From positions 4,526,001-4,590,000 of the forward strand of contig CM120643.1 of assembly GCA_051362555.1 (NCBI GenBank): DNA of 64,000 nucleotides, read 5' to 3'. The DNA comes from Lingula anatina (lineage: Eukaryota; Animalia; Brachiopoda). Each line of letters starts with the position of its first letter. Within the stretch, counting starts at the first letter, position 1. A model generated the notes under the pieces. The model searched no databases. It worked only from the letters and a program-made list of their open reading frames with translations, and was not told the origin of the DNA. Below are positions 1 through 11,500 of the stretch, one piece after another. The position numbers and the translations under genes are program-made.

Positions 1-180
1 AAAGGACTTCTCATGCCCATTAGAAATACCTGTTTTCCTATTCCATAGGGAAATGATGTGTCACATTCCAAGATGGAATGGATGAAGAGAATATTGTCGC
101 ATATATCACTTCCTAACTTGGCCCTTGTTGTTCTAATGTTCCAGCATTTTGATGGCCCTTTGGCATTGCTCTTTTGTTGG

Positions 181-261
181 GGTTATCTTTATGGCCCCTC
201 TACTATGATGCTAATCAGTTTCTGAATAAATTTGTGGAAGAAAGGGGCCATAAAGATAACC
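181..261. repeat. Short perfect inverted repeat (19-bp arms), MITE-like remnant
   Basis: GGTTATCTTTATGGCCCCT (181-199) is the reverse complement of AGGGGCCATAAAGATAACC (243-261). Confidence 0.75.
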
Positions 262-506
262 ATCAAACACCACTACAGCTCTATTACTAGGACATACGTG
301 ACATACTGGTGTACTAATAACCATCAAACACCACTACAGCTTTATTACTAGGACATACGTGACATACTGGTGTGCAAATAACCATCAAACACCACTACAT
401 CTTTATTACTAGGACATATGTGACATACTGGTGTACAGATAACCATCAAACACCACTACAGCTTTATTACTAGGACATATGTGACATACTGGTGTGCAAA
501 TAACCA
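256..506. repeat. Minisatellite, ~61-bp unit x4
   Basis: Unit ATAACCATCAAACACCACTACAGCTTTATTACTAGGACATACGTGACATACTGGTGTGCAA repeats four times with few substitutions. Confidence 0.95.
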
Positions 507-1176
507 TATTTCAGCTGATTGAAAGTCAACTGCAGCTGGTTTGTCTTTGTGGCTTTGATAAACAATGGCTACCAGATAATTACGAGGCCTGTATGCTGGG
601 GACTTATGAGAATTCCTTTTAGAACAGTGCATTAAGATATGAGATGAGAGTTGATATATTGTTTCTTATGTGTCTGAAAGAAAAAATAAGTTTTTGAAGT
701 CATCCATTTCCCCCCCCCCCTCCTTTTTTTATTATGTTTTCCTCCCTGACATCAGGAGATAGGGTCCATGTTCCTGTAGCCATCTACAGACATCCACTGG
801 TGTTCATTCTGAACATGGTGCGTGCCCAAAAAATTAAAAAAAAAAACACATAATTTATTTATTTATTTTATTTATTTATTTTTTTGCATGTATTTTGGTG
901 ACTGTCTTACCATAAATACCAAACCATGTTTTTGTTTTAAATCAAATTTGCACAGAAGCTTTGTTTAGTAAAAAAAGGCTGCTTGAATGAAAAATTAGCA
1001 GGATTTGATTATTTTTACCAATACTTAATATGTACAGTTTTATAAGTATTGAAAGAAGCTATTATATAACTTATGGTTAAGCTGGTGAAGTTGATAAAAC
1101 CCATAGTCCTTGGCCCATATTTGTATATATTTGGTGCAGAAAAAATCTATTAAACTCTTTTGTTGCAACATGTTTT

Positions 1177-1210
1177 GTGTCTGTATATTTTGCCAGCTTT
1201 GCTGTCTAGT
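1177..1210 (+). mobile_element. 3' terminus of a HINE (non-autonomous Helentron), family A
   Basis: GTGTCTGTAT subterminal repeat, CAGC-TTT-GCTG hairpin and CTAGT; the same end recurs at 23104-23135 and 42407-42437. Confidence 0.65.
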
Positions 1211-1996
1211 CTTATGTTAGTGCTCATCTTATGGTTTGCCCAAAGATAATTAAGTATAAAAGATGTCTGCAGCACTTTTATATTAGTTATATGCAGAGAA
1301 TTGTTTTAAAATAAAGATTTTAGCAACTTTTTTGCAATAAGTATATAGAAGCTTTTATACTAATATGTACAGTACACTACTGTTGTGATCTCATTGTAGT
1401 CTTAATGTAAAAGATGATTTATAATTATTGTTTTTGTTGCTTACTTTGTAATATTGTAACTTTTGTTAATTTTTTACATGAAATCGAATCAAAAGACAAA
1501 GCATTTTCTTATCTTAGATATCCAAAGTTATTTATTGGGTTAGCTTGCCTAAAGTAGTGCTAATGAACTAATAGTGGATAAAGCAAGTCAGAATGATGAC
1601 TGAATCATCACATTGTTAATGCCTGTTATAAGTACTGGTACCTAGTAAATTCCCACCTGGTAATTCTGGAGCTGTTTGTAATCAAAGAATGTTTATTTAT
1701 TTAATAAACCTCATTAGTGCAGAATTTTATTTAAGAGAAACTGGGTTGAACTTGTAGAGAGGCATAGATAAAGAGAAGGGAGAAAGAGAAATTAAGTAGT
1801 AAGAAAATTTCAGACTCCTATAACTGTTGTTATATTTTCTCTCTCATGCCTCATTGGCTACATTCAGAACAGTGGACTAATGGATCCCCAGATCAAATAT
1901 GGCCACCTTCTAAAAAGCTTATCACTTAAAATTAAAATTCCTGATAAGACACAAAATAGATTATGATGTGACTATTTTATTCATCAGTGCATTAGA

Positions 1997-2216
1997 GATC
2001 ATAGTTGTATATGTGTCTGTAGTCTCATATGGAAATCACTGAACACTGTGGACATGATATACAGTGATGATCATAGCTATATATGTGTCTGTAGTCTCAT
2101 ATGGAAATCACTGAACACAATGTGGACATGATATACAGTGATGATCATAGTTATATATGTGTCTGTAGTCTCATATGGAAATCACTGAACACACTGTGGA
2201 CATGATATACAGTGAT
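1997..2216. repeat. Minisatellite, ~70-bp unit x3
   Basis: GATCATAGTTATATATGTGTCTGTAGTCTCATATGGAAATCACTGAACACACTGTGGACATGATATACAGTGAT repeats three times. Confidence 0.95.
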
Positions 2217-2288
2217 AAGAGAATGGACATGTTAAAAGCAGCAAACTACAGTCTCTTTGCAGTAAATTTCAGGCTTTTGTTTCCTTAA

Positions 2289-2471
2289 AGGGATAATAAC
2301 TCTTCGTATGAGATCTATATTTCACAATAAAAACATTGTGAATAACTCATAGAAATATAATATATTCTGTTTAATGACAAAAACAGCAGTTATAGCTATT
2401 ATTCGGATAGAAGCTTGTCTTCAGATCACGTGACCTCCATTGATGGCTATACTCTGTTATAATCTCTTAAG
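2289..2471 (+). mobile_element. Kolobok-type MITE, left half only
   Basis: Starts TTAA|AGGGATAATAACTCTTC; homologous to 14516-14765 and, in reverse, to 25685-25873. Confidence 0.75.
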
Positions 2472-2751
2472 TCATTATTTATCATACTTATATTATTTTA
2501 GGTAATTATATGATTTCATCAACTTTATTCATAACTTTCAATTTAAATGCACTTCTTGAAAATGTATTTGACCTTTGTTTTTCTGAGAATTATCATTTCA
2601 ACATTATAAATGTACCAACCAACTTTTAATTACAAATAAATATTGAAAATTATTATTTATTGTTGTTGTTTTATTTACATGACTGTGTAAGAATATTGAG
2701 GTCTAAGAACTCAGTCCCAATAAAAATAAGAGTGCATTCAGTGCTTTATCT

Positions 2752-2930
2752 GTCTAGGTAGATCAATTCAGGGGGACTCTTGCTGAATACAATCAGATTA
2801 AGAGATTAGCATACCACCCCCTAGCTTTGAGTAGAAAATGGAAAACAAGCATGTTATAAACAAAAGGAGGCGAGCCAATCCAATTGCATTCAGCAAGAGT
2901 CCCTGTGGAGTTGGATCGATTTACATAGAC
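2752..2930. mobile_element. MITE-like element with imperfect long TIRs
   Basis: GTCTAGGTAGATCAATTCAGGGGGACTCTTGCTGAATACAAT pairs with ATTGCATTCAGCAAGAGTCCCTGTGGAGTTGGATCGATTTACATAGAC. Related to 23926-24128. Confidence 0.65.
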
Positions 2931-3174
2931 CAATAGTGTCATTGTGAATGAGTCCTAAATTGAGGCACTAGTAGATATGTCAGTGGCAATACTAAGATGA
3001 ATAAATATAAAATGATAAGAAGAAAGTGTAGTGATAGTTTCTAATATGATTCTTTTACTTCCAAAAGTGTTTTATGCGGTTCAAAGTGATAACATTGGTA
3101 AAATTAAAGAATCGGGGACCACTGAAAGACAAAGTATATTGCAAACTTTTTGAGAGGTAAAAAACTAGGCCATG

Positions 3175-3333
3175 CAGGCCCGTAGCCAGGGGGGGTTCGA
3201 AAGAACCGCCCCTTTTGCTGGGAAAAGGTCCACTCTGGGTAAGATTTGATCTAGGTACATGAAGTTTTTATGGGAAAAGGTCCACTTTTTCAGAAAAAGA
3301 ACCCCCCTTTTGAAATTGCTGGCTACGGGCCTG
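3175..3333. mobile_element. hAT-like MITE with 5-bp TSD
   Basis: Perfect 15-bp TIR CAGGCCCGTAGCCAG...CTGGCTACGGGCCTG, flanked by CCATG on both sides (3170-3174, 3334-3338). Confidence 0.85.
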
Positions 3334-3379
3334 CCATGTCTCCCATTTCTCCCTGCAGAATCTTACAGATATCAAGTCA

Positions 3380-3708
3380 GCGACGTTGTATATGTGCGCA
3401 CGCATGTTATTACGTCGCTCATTCTTCTTTGTTACGTTAAAATGATACATACGTTACCATAAAGCGTGTAAATATTTTTTATTCTATTTTCATTGGTTGT
3501 CTCTCCTTTTGTGCGCCAACACTATTTTAATGAAACACAAATAAAAGACATAAGTGTTGGCCCACAAAGCGAAAGAAAACCAATGAAAATAGAATAAATA
3601 TTTACACGCTTCATGGTAACGTATGTATCGGTAAGGTATGTATCATTTTAGCGTAACAAAGAAGAATAAGCGACGTAAAAACAAGCGTGCGCACATCTAC
3701 AACGTCGC
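3380..3708. repeat. Long fold-back inverted repeat (~145-bp arms)
   Basis: GCGACGTTGTATATGTGCGCACGCATGTT...CCAACACT pairs with AGTGTTGGCCCAC...GCGTGCGCACATCTACAACGTCGC, with a short central spacer. Confidence 0.9.
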
Positions 3709-6700
3709 ACGCAACCACAGAGTCGCGACAACAGAGAAGAAACAATGAAATCAGAAAACAATACCTTCACGAATGATGCGTAACTCAGTAAACTGATTCT
3801 TATGTGATTTGTTTTTTCTAAGAAGCATATTTGAGTTCATATGTACTGCTGCATAAAAATAAAAATGTTAGATATACATGTACAAACCTAAGTCGCCACA
3901 ACTCTAGTGTTAAATATTCACAGTGCTAGAGCAATAGGCGACATCATGTTTTAATTGGGATGCTTTAATAATAATAACCTCATTTATTTGGGATGAAGGT
4001 CTATAGATGGACAAAACAAAATGGTCTGTTTGTACAATAATCTGATGGTAACGTTTTAGATTGTGTTAAGCCACATCGTGTCTTCTCTAACACAATCCGG
4101 CGACAGTGCTATTATTATGTAAACCAGGTGAGCATTTTGGTGAGAGGTATTCAGATAGGACCAAGGTCAGTAGGAAGAGGAAGAAGCCTCATATACCATA
4201 TTACCAAACTTTCCACACGTAGGCTGAAATTTTGGCACTGAGAACTGCTGTAGTTTGCTGTAAGTACTGTATAGATGATATAAGGCAACACTGATCATTT
4301 TATGATGACGATATTTTATCAAAAAGTATGCGTTTCCCACTTCAGGCGTAAGTACTCTTGGGTATATTTTACTGACTTGAATGCTGAAATGAGCTTGAAA
4401 ATTTTATTACCTTTTTGCGTTGCTTCTTCCAGAAGGAAAGTATTTGCTCATAAAGAAGTGAGAAGATTATTCCAGCCGTCCAAAGGTCTGAACGCGTTAT
4501 TCCGTCTTAAACAAAACAAGACGACAAAGCAGGTAACTACCGGTAAATTCTCATCTCCCAATGAGTGCACTTTTTATCTTACGACAGCGGCTTGTACACA
4601 TATATCCTGTTAATTAAAGTTAACTGTTAACAAACAAGTGGTTTTCTAGAGAACTAGTATATTTGCTAGGCACTGTCGACCTCCCTTGCCTTCAATTTTT
4701 TTCCTGATTTCAATTTCAATTACACACCGTCCTTGATATTATAATTTGAAATAAGATATTGCATAAAACATTTGATTTAAAAAAAAGTTGAGCTAAAGTG
4801 CCTGCATTCGGATTACGAATTTATTTAAGTATGGATGCATTGGTAGAAAGTAATTGGTAAAATCATTCAGAAGAAGTTATAATAAGCACATATAGCAATA
4901 AAATCCTGAATTTATATCACTCTACCCACAAAATACGCAAAATAATGTATAACTTAGAAAGTAAAAAACCAATCAAGATTATTATTAATATTATGTATTT
5001 CACTTTGTCAATTCCTTAGATATTATTATGAATTTAGTTTAATTTATTTCATTTTACATTTAATTTCAGTGCCTCGTAACAACCGTCTACGATGAGATAG
5101 GACGCACTCCCAGCAAAGACACCAGATTCGTGAACGCCAGCGCCCGCACCCATGTCAACGTTGTCTTAATGCTTGCGTGTCGAAGTTTGTCGTATAGTCA
5201 ACTTGCAGGGTTGACATTTGGTTTGGTTTGAAATGTAATATTTGCTTTGGTTTGTAATATTCTGCATCAAAACATGTATCGAATGAAGTACAGCGTGCAA
5301 CAAATGTTTTATTCATGAAACTTCTGATAAAAGGGACCAAATCCAAGCGTCAACCCTGCACGTCGCTGGTTTATTATTATACATATGTAAATAAGTTGTA
5401 GTACAGCACTCTATCCGCACACGATGTTTTTATCATAATTTAAAATTTTGTTCATACCCACCAGTTCTCTAACCTGAAACGACACTTTTAAAATTATCCT
5501 AAAACAAAAAAGTGCCTTGCTTAAGTGATCTATGAAAATAAAATTGATTGTTGTAAAATTATCATTAAGTGATGTGCAGGTAGAGCGCTGTAGTGGTGCG
5601 ACCAGTTTAATGTTTGATTGTAAGATTTTGTGTGGGCAAATATGTAATAAGACACTTTGTTATGCACTCGAAAATACATTTTTATTCATATTAAATTAGA
5701 TATGGATGCAAATATTGATTTTAATGAAGTTAACTTTAAAAAAATACGTAGAGTCGTGCGTAAAATGTATACGAGAATCTTTTCTTGGAAGAATCTTTTA
5801 CAAGAATCTTTTATTGGAAGAAATGACCGAGATATAAAACAACAATAAGCTGTTAACACTGTAATCCAAATTATGACACTTAAGAATTATCGGAAGTATG
5901 AAATTGTAAAATGTGCTCAAGTTATTACAGAATTGCCTACACGTATTAAAACAGGCCTTTCTAAAATTATGGATATGACGCATGGTAAGAATAAACTTCC
6001 TTTGGTTCCCGCTGTTTTGATATGCGAGTAGTATGTCTGATCTGTGATAGACCCATAGTTTTATTGCTGGGAGGCGGTAGAAATGTTTTTGTTTTCAGAA
6101 AATCAAACCAGGGGTTGGGTCGTTTTTTTTTCGAAATTTATATGTTTTTGTTATTTAAGAAGGAAAATTGGCTTTTTGCCTTCGTTACAAAGCGGAATTG
6201 TTAAGAGAAACAAAGTGTTTTATTTTGGCATCCTTTGACAATTAAAGTGTACGTGCAGGACTGGCATTTATCGTATCATTTTATAACTTGAAAATCCTTA
6301 TCATATTCTTATCGTTAACTACAGTTGTCGCAAAGCTTTTTTTGGGGGGGGGGAGGGGGGTATCGGTATTTCCTAGTAATTTGACGAACTTTTGTAGACT
6401 GTCAACTTTTGCCAATCCTCTAAAAACAAAATAAAATCTTTATTGAATTAACATAAAATCTGCATACGTATCTGTTTTTATATTTGGTACATTGTAGTTT
6501 AGTGTATGATTTGGCCAGTTAATTGCCAATTTACTGAATTATTGTTTAAAATCCTTTGTTTTGTGGCATTTGTCTAATCAAATGTGAAAAATCAAAATTT
6601 CATCAGAAAGATGACACTTTGATTGGTAAGGCTAAAAGTTTAATAAAAAATAGGAAGCTCAGTGTTTTATTTAATGTTGATCTTGTACTTGTCATTTCTT

Positions 6701-7673
6701 AATTCTATATTTCGGTCGGGATCAAGGGGTGATTGAGAACAAAAGGCCTGATTAGGTGCCAGTCTTGCACGTGCTGTTGGGTTATTTTTGCTGAGTGTTT
6801 CTGAATCACTGAGCACAAGTGACAATAGAGTTATTTTAAGTAAACTTGTTTTTGCATAACCTTTTTAATTTTGTTTAGGTAATATTGTTCTTAAAATGAC
6901 TATTGACTGGGATAAGGTTGTAAACTGACCATGTCTTCATGCTGTTCTTGATTCGCACGGCGCATAAATTTGTTCCTATTCTAAGATTTAAAGAGAAGAA
7001 AAACATATTCATTTATCTATGAGAAAGCATTCATTAAATTTACAGAACTGAATAATGTTTGACTGCTGTTTCGTATTTTGTGTAATCATCAGCATGGCGA
7101 CATACAGTAAGTTGTGGGGTCAGGAGTGTGTACCCGTGTGCGGGGAGAACGCTTACATGAGATCATATGCATTTTGAATTTTCTATATTGTCACCACCCT
7201 TGAATTTGGATAAAAATGTCCCTCGGTGAAATATTGGATCAGTCACAAGACAAATACTCCAATTTCAACTTTGAACGATTGCTGTAAAATACATCGTCAA
7301 ATCTTCAACTTTCTCTTTTAACTCTGGGCAAAAACCTAAGAATTTCATGTTCTGGTCAGTATTATGTCGCCTTGTATGCAGTGTTCTTGAACACTTTTTT
7401 AGAACCAAAATGATTGATCTTGAGCGACAATATTCAAAATGCATAGAATCTCCCACACATTTAGTTGTAGATAGTTGTATTTAAGATTAATTTATATCTC
7501 AAATTGCGCAGTCGTTATGAAAATTACTTTTTATGTAGAGCCAAAACGTAATGTTAGGATTTTGCATACATCTGTATGGTGTAGTTGTTTGTATTTGTTA
7601 TAATAAACGTACATAAAAGTTGTAATAGATGATGTGCAAAATGTCTCATGTTTATTCTTGACTTTCTTCTCTT

Positions 7674-8060
7674 CAGCTCGACTTGAACCTTAGGTTTTCA
7701 ACTCCTAGCTCGTCCTTTTCTACTTCTTAGTCTGTCGCCTTACCTACTGAGCCACTGTCTCAGTTCGCGTTTTTCCTCATTCGTATGATCCTCTTATAGT
7801 AGTTTGAATTGTTTATTTGGGTTTATTTTTGCAAAAGGTAATTTGCTGGGACCTAGAAGCGCCAGGAATCGAACTGGGGACCTTCTGTCTCAGAGGCAAG
7901 CGCGTTACCTACTCCTCTAAGTGTTCCCACCCACCCTCCCCGTGTAGACTTTCTTCTTATAGTAACCAAAGAAAAATTCTAATAGCACCTCATTGTAATT
8001 CCAAAGTGCCCGAGCCAGGAATCGAACCCCAACCCCAGGCTTTCACTGAGCCATGTAGCC
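7674..8060 (-). repeat. Three tandem tRNA-like modules (Pol III A/B boxes); SINE-like or decayed tRNA array
   Basis: Minus strand reads TGGCTCAGTG...GGTTCGATTCC (8006-8060), TAGAGGAGTAGG...AGTTCGATTCC (7854-7927) and TGGCTCAGTAGG...GGTTCAAGTC (7674-7761). Cloverleaf stems are imperfect, so these are not functional tRNA genes. Confidence 0.65.
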
Positions 8061-8368
8061 ATCAGTAAAAACGCTAAGACAATTTGCATATTCAATAAGC
8101 TTTTTTTATTAAGAGCAATTCAAATTTATTTTACTGTATTTCATTATTAATAAAACATATCTATAAAACATCATTGTCTTAAGTCTTTTTATTACTATAA
8201 CTATCTGTGAGAATATTATTGATGGCTGCATTTAAATTCACTTACAGGTGTAAAATACATAACGTTCTTATCTATTTGACTTGACAAATAAACTGTCTAC
8301 CACATTAATGGTCTTATGTTTGATCTTAATGACACAAGCAAAATATTTCAACTTCTTCATTAAAAAAA

Positions 8369-8508
8369 CAATGGTGGATCTAGTCTCCGCCCTCCCCTAG
8401 GAGAGCTAGAGACCCATTCTGGACTCACATGATCAAGTCCTCAAAATACTCCATCTCATCCTAAATGTCAACATCTGACCCCTTTAAAATGTCCTGGATC
8501 CGCCATTG
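8369..8508. mobile_element. hAT-like MITE (CARTGGCGGATCCAG-type TIR)
   Basis: CAATGGTGGATCTAG...CTGGATCCGCCATTG; paralogous copy at 54473-54608. Confidence 0.75.
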
Positions 8509-11500
8509 TTTTTCTGTATATAACAATGAAAATTATGAGATATTTATTTTAATAAAAATTTAAAAATGCTCTGTTTAAAAATTGCATGCTTTTTTCAGTC
8601 GTACACTTATCGTTGTGAAAAAAAAACGGACACGCACTTTCGTTATGTCTGGCAAAAAAAGTGTCAAAGGTACTAAGGTAAAAACACATACAGCGTTTAC
8701 CTAGCTGTTGACAATATGGACAGAATAATAAACACTAGTTTATAAAGGGAATTTAAAATTGAAAAAATTCCTTACAAAAACTATTTAAAAAACAAACTTC
8801 ATCTTCACTTATGAAATCTGGGTTAAAATCCAAGTGACAAATCACGATATTTCTCACGTATTGAAACGGGTCTTTTTATTTTCTACATCCATTTTCAATT
8901 TGAAAAATCTTGTAACAAATGATTTGCAACCTTCTGAACATAAATTGAACCTGTATTTGTTCAAGAGATTAATGGCAAAAATATCAGTTATATTGCCGGA
9001 TAAGACGTGTTACATTTGTAAGAACTACATTCAGAGATAAATACTAAAACACGAATGGCAATTACATGCACCAAATCAGCTTTTCAAAATGGAAATTTTC
9101 CCAAATCTAAATTGAAAATTGAAAATTCTACATACTTCACTAGTGAAACAAAATCATCAATCTTCGTTCGTAAAATTACATCTCTTACTCAACAAGACAG
9201 CAAATTTTCGAATTTCAAGAGACGATATGCCCTATTTCTCATCTGAACATTAAAAGTAAGACACACAATGAGCGTCACTCTAGATTTCAGTCCATTTGGA
9301 GAATGAAGCTGAGGAATACAGTCACGCCGGTAAAAACAGAAATCAAGAATTAGACACTGGGCTTGTAAAATTTATCAACGGTTTTGATAATGTGTTCCAT
9401 ATGATTTAAGTGAAATTGCTGGATATTAAAGAAAAATTTTGGGCTTTAAACAGACATAAAATTTCTATATTTTTGCGGACTTAATTAGCATTCGATCTAA
9501 ACTAGAAAGTCACCCGTTGCTGTCTTGCTGAAGAATACCACAAACAGTACCATTTTACATGTCACGTGTGACAAACTAGAAACTACGATAGTATAAAACA
9601 TATTTCAATACAATAAAGCAATTTTTTCTAACTGATGACCATGCATTCTGATATATCATTACGTTTTAAATATGTAACATTTAATTCGTAAAAGACCTCA
9701 AATTCGTGATGTTTTATTGAAAGAAAGACACCTTTGGACAAAGCCTTTCCTAATCCGTTCCAAACAGCATTTCGGGCTATCAGCTCGAAAGGTTGATCTT
9801 ATAATTTGTCACGCAGAAATCAATATAACTTCAATTTATCTTACACATTTTAATGAAATGAAATATTAAATATTAATTTATGAAATCTTGCCAATATTCG
9901 AAATGGAAGTGTATTACTATACCCCCTTAATGCTTCAATTATGTTCTTTACTTCGGAAATGGACGTTTGTTGCTATACCTGACATATTCTATAATTCCAC
10001 TACCAACCGATCACTAAATATCAACATGCCAATTTATAGCCAGACCTTCACAATACATTTCACAGCATTTTCCCCTCCTTGGCCATTTCTCACGATAAAC
10101 TTCAACTGCCACTACTATTTCTACCGACGAAGGTAAAAAAACTAAACATGAAGTGCAACTGCATCTTCCTTTCTTTCATGAGACGTGATGAGATGAAGTG
10201 AAGGAGGAAATAAATGGTACGCGGGGAAAATGTTGGGAAATGGTCATGAACGCTCTTAAGCAAACGGGTGTCAAAATACATTTCGGAAATAAATCACAAT
10301 TTACTTATCACCAAATGCCTGACATTGATTTCTTAATACTTTATATTGATATGGCTGAAATTACGATATTCGTATACTTAATATCTAAGCCGCCTTCGCT
10401 CCACTTCCTGATCACTCAGCACTGAGGCAGTGACGTCTCCTTCCAGGCTGTCCATCCCATTACATTCATGGTAGGGGGAGGTGACAGGCTGAAGTGACCG
10501 CCTTTCCTTTTTAACTCTCACCAATATTTTACGGATGGAACTTCATTTGTACTTTACAACATTAAAAATACATTGCGCGACGTTTGTGTTCAGTATATTT
10601 CAAAAAATGCCAGACGAAAATAACTTCAGATCCTTATCCACCCCAAATTGAAACAACATTTTGTAGGTCACTAGCTATCTTGATATGACTCAATATTGTT
10701 CACTGATTTGAATATCTGAGCAGTTTTTGCTATGTTTGACCAAGTAGACCTTACGATAGAGACTGCGGTGTTTTGATTCTGATGCTGTCTCAACCATGAT
10801 TGTGACGGACTCCACAAATATCACCTTATTGTGTTAGTGAAGACATAACGCGAGGCAGGGAGGGGGGATAAAAAGTTCATAAAGAAATTACCTAATAAGC
10901 TTTTGAAAATGACAATATGATATTTTAGTTTAGATTAGATGTCGACGAACCATTCAATAGAGAAAGTTGGATTAGAAGGAAATATGTTGAAAAAAACGGC
11001 ACAAAAATGATGGGGGGAGGGTATGGATGATGGTATAAAAGGTTTGGGAGAGTCGGGGTAATTGAGTTTTTAGTGCGTTCGGGTGTTTACCGGTGTCCTT
11101 TAACTTTAACTCACCAAGTTATACAAACTTTTACAACTTTTGTCTCTAAAAAAACCTGTTCAGATTTATTTTTTCTACTTATATAACTAGGCCTACCCTA
11201 TGTTTCAACTATAGTAATTCACAAAGATGGACTTCGAATTCCAAGATGACGTCTAATGAGAAAGAGCGCCATTACTAAAAACGCAGCACTAGAAAATTAA
11301 CTGGCAAATCGTCAACTCTAGGAAAGGAACTAAAATTAAAATAAGTTCCAGCAAATGTTATGCTGACGTTATGCTAGAAAATCATCGTGACATTATAATT
11401 TAGCGCTGATTTACTCTATCAAATTCTTCCTCTGAAATGTTGTCCCAATGAATAAAATTGAAGCTTGCATACTTGTCTGTCATGTCTTGAAATTGAAATT

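Noticed and set aside
4231-4252. miR-96/182/263-like seed TTTGGCACTGAGAACTG
   Set aside because: No complementary arm nearby to form a precursor hairpin.
7854-7927. Functional tRNA gene
   Set aside because: A and B boxes are present, but the acceptor, D and anticodon stems do not pair.
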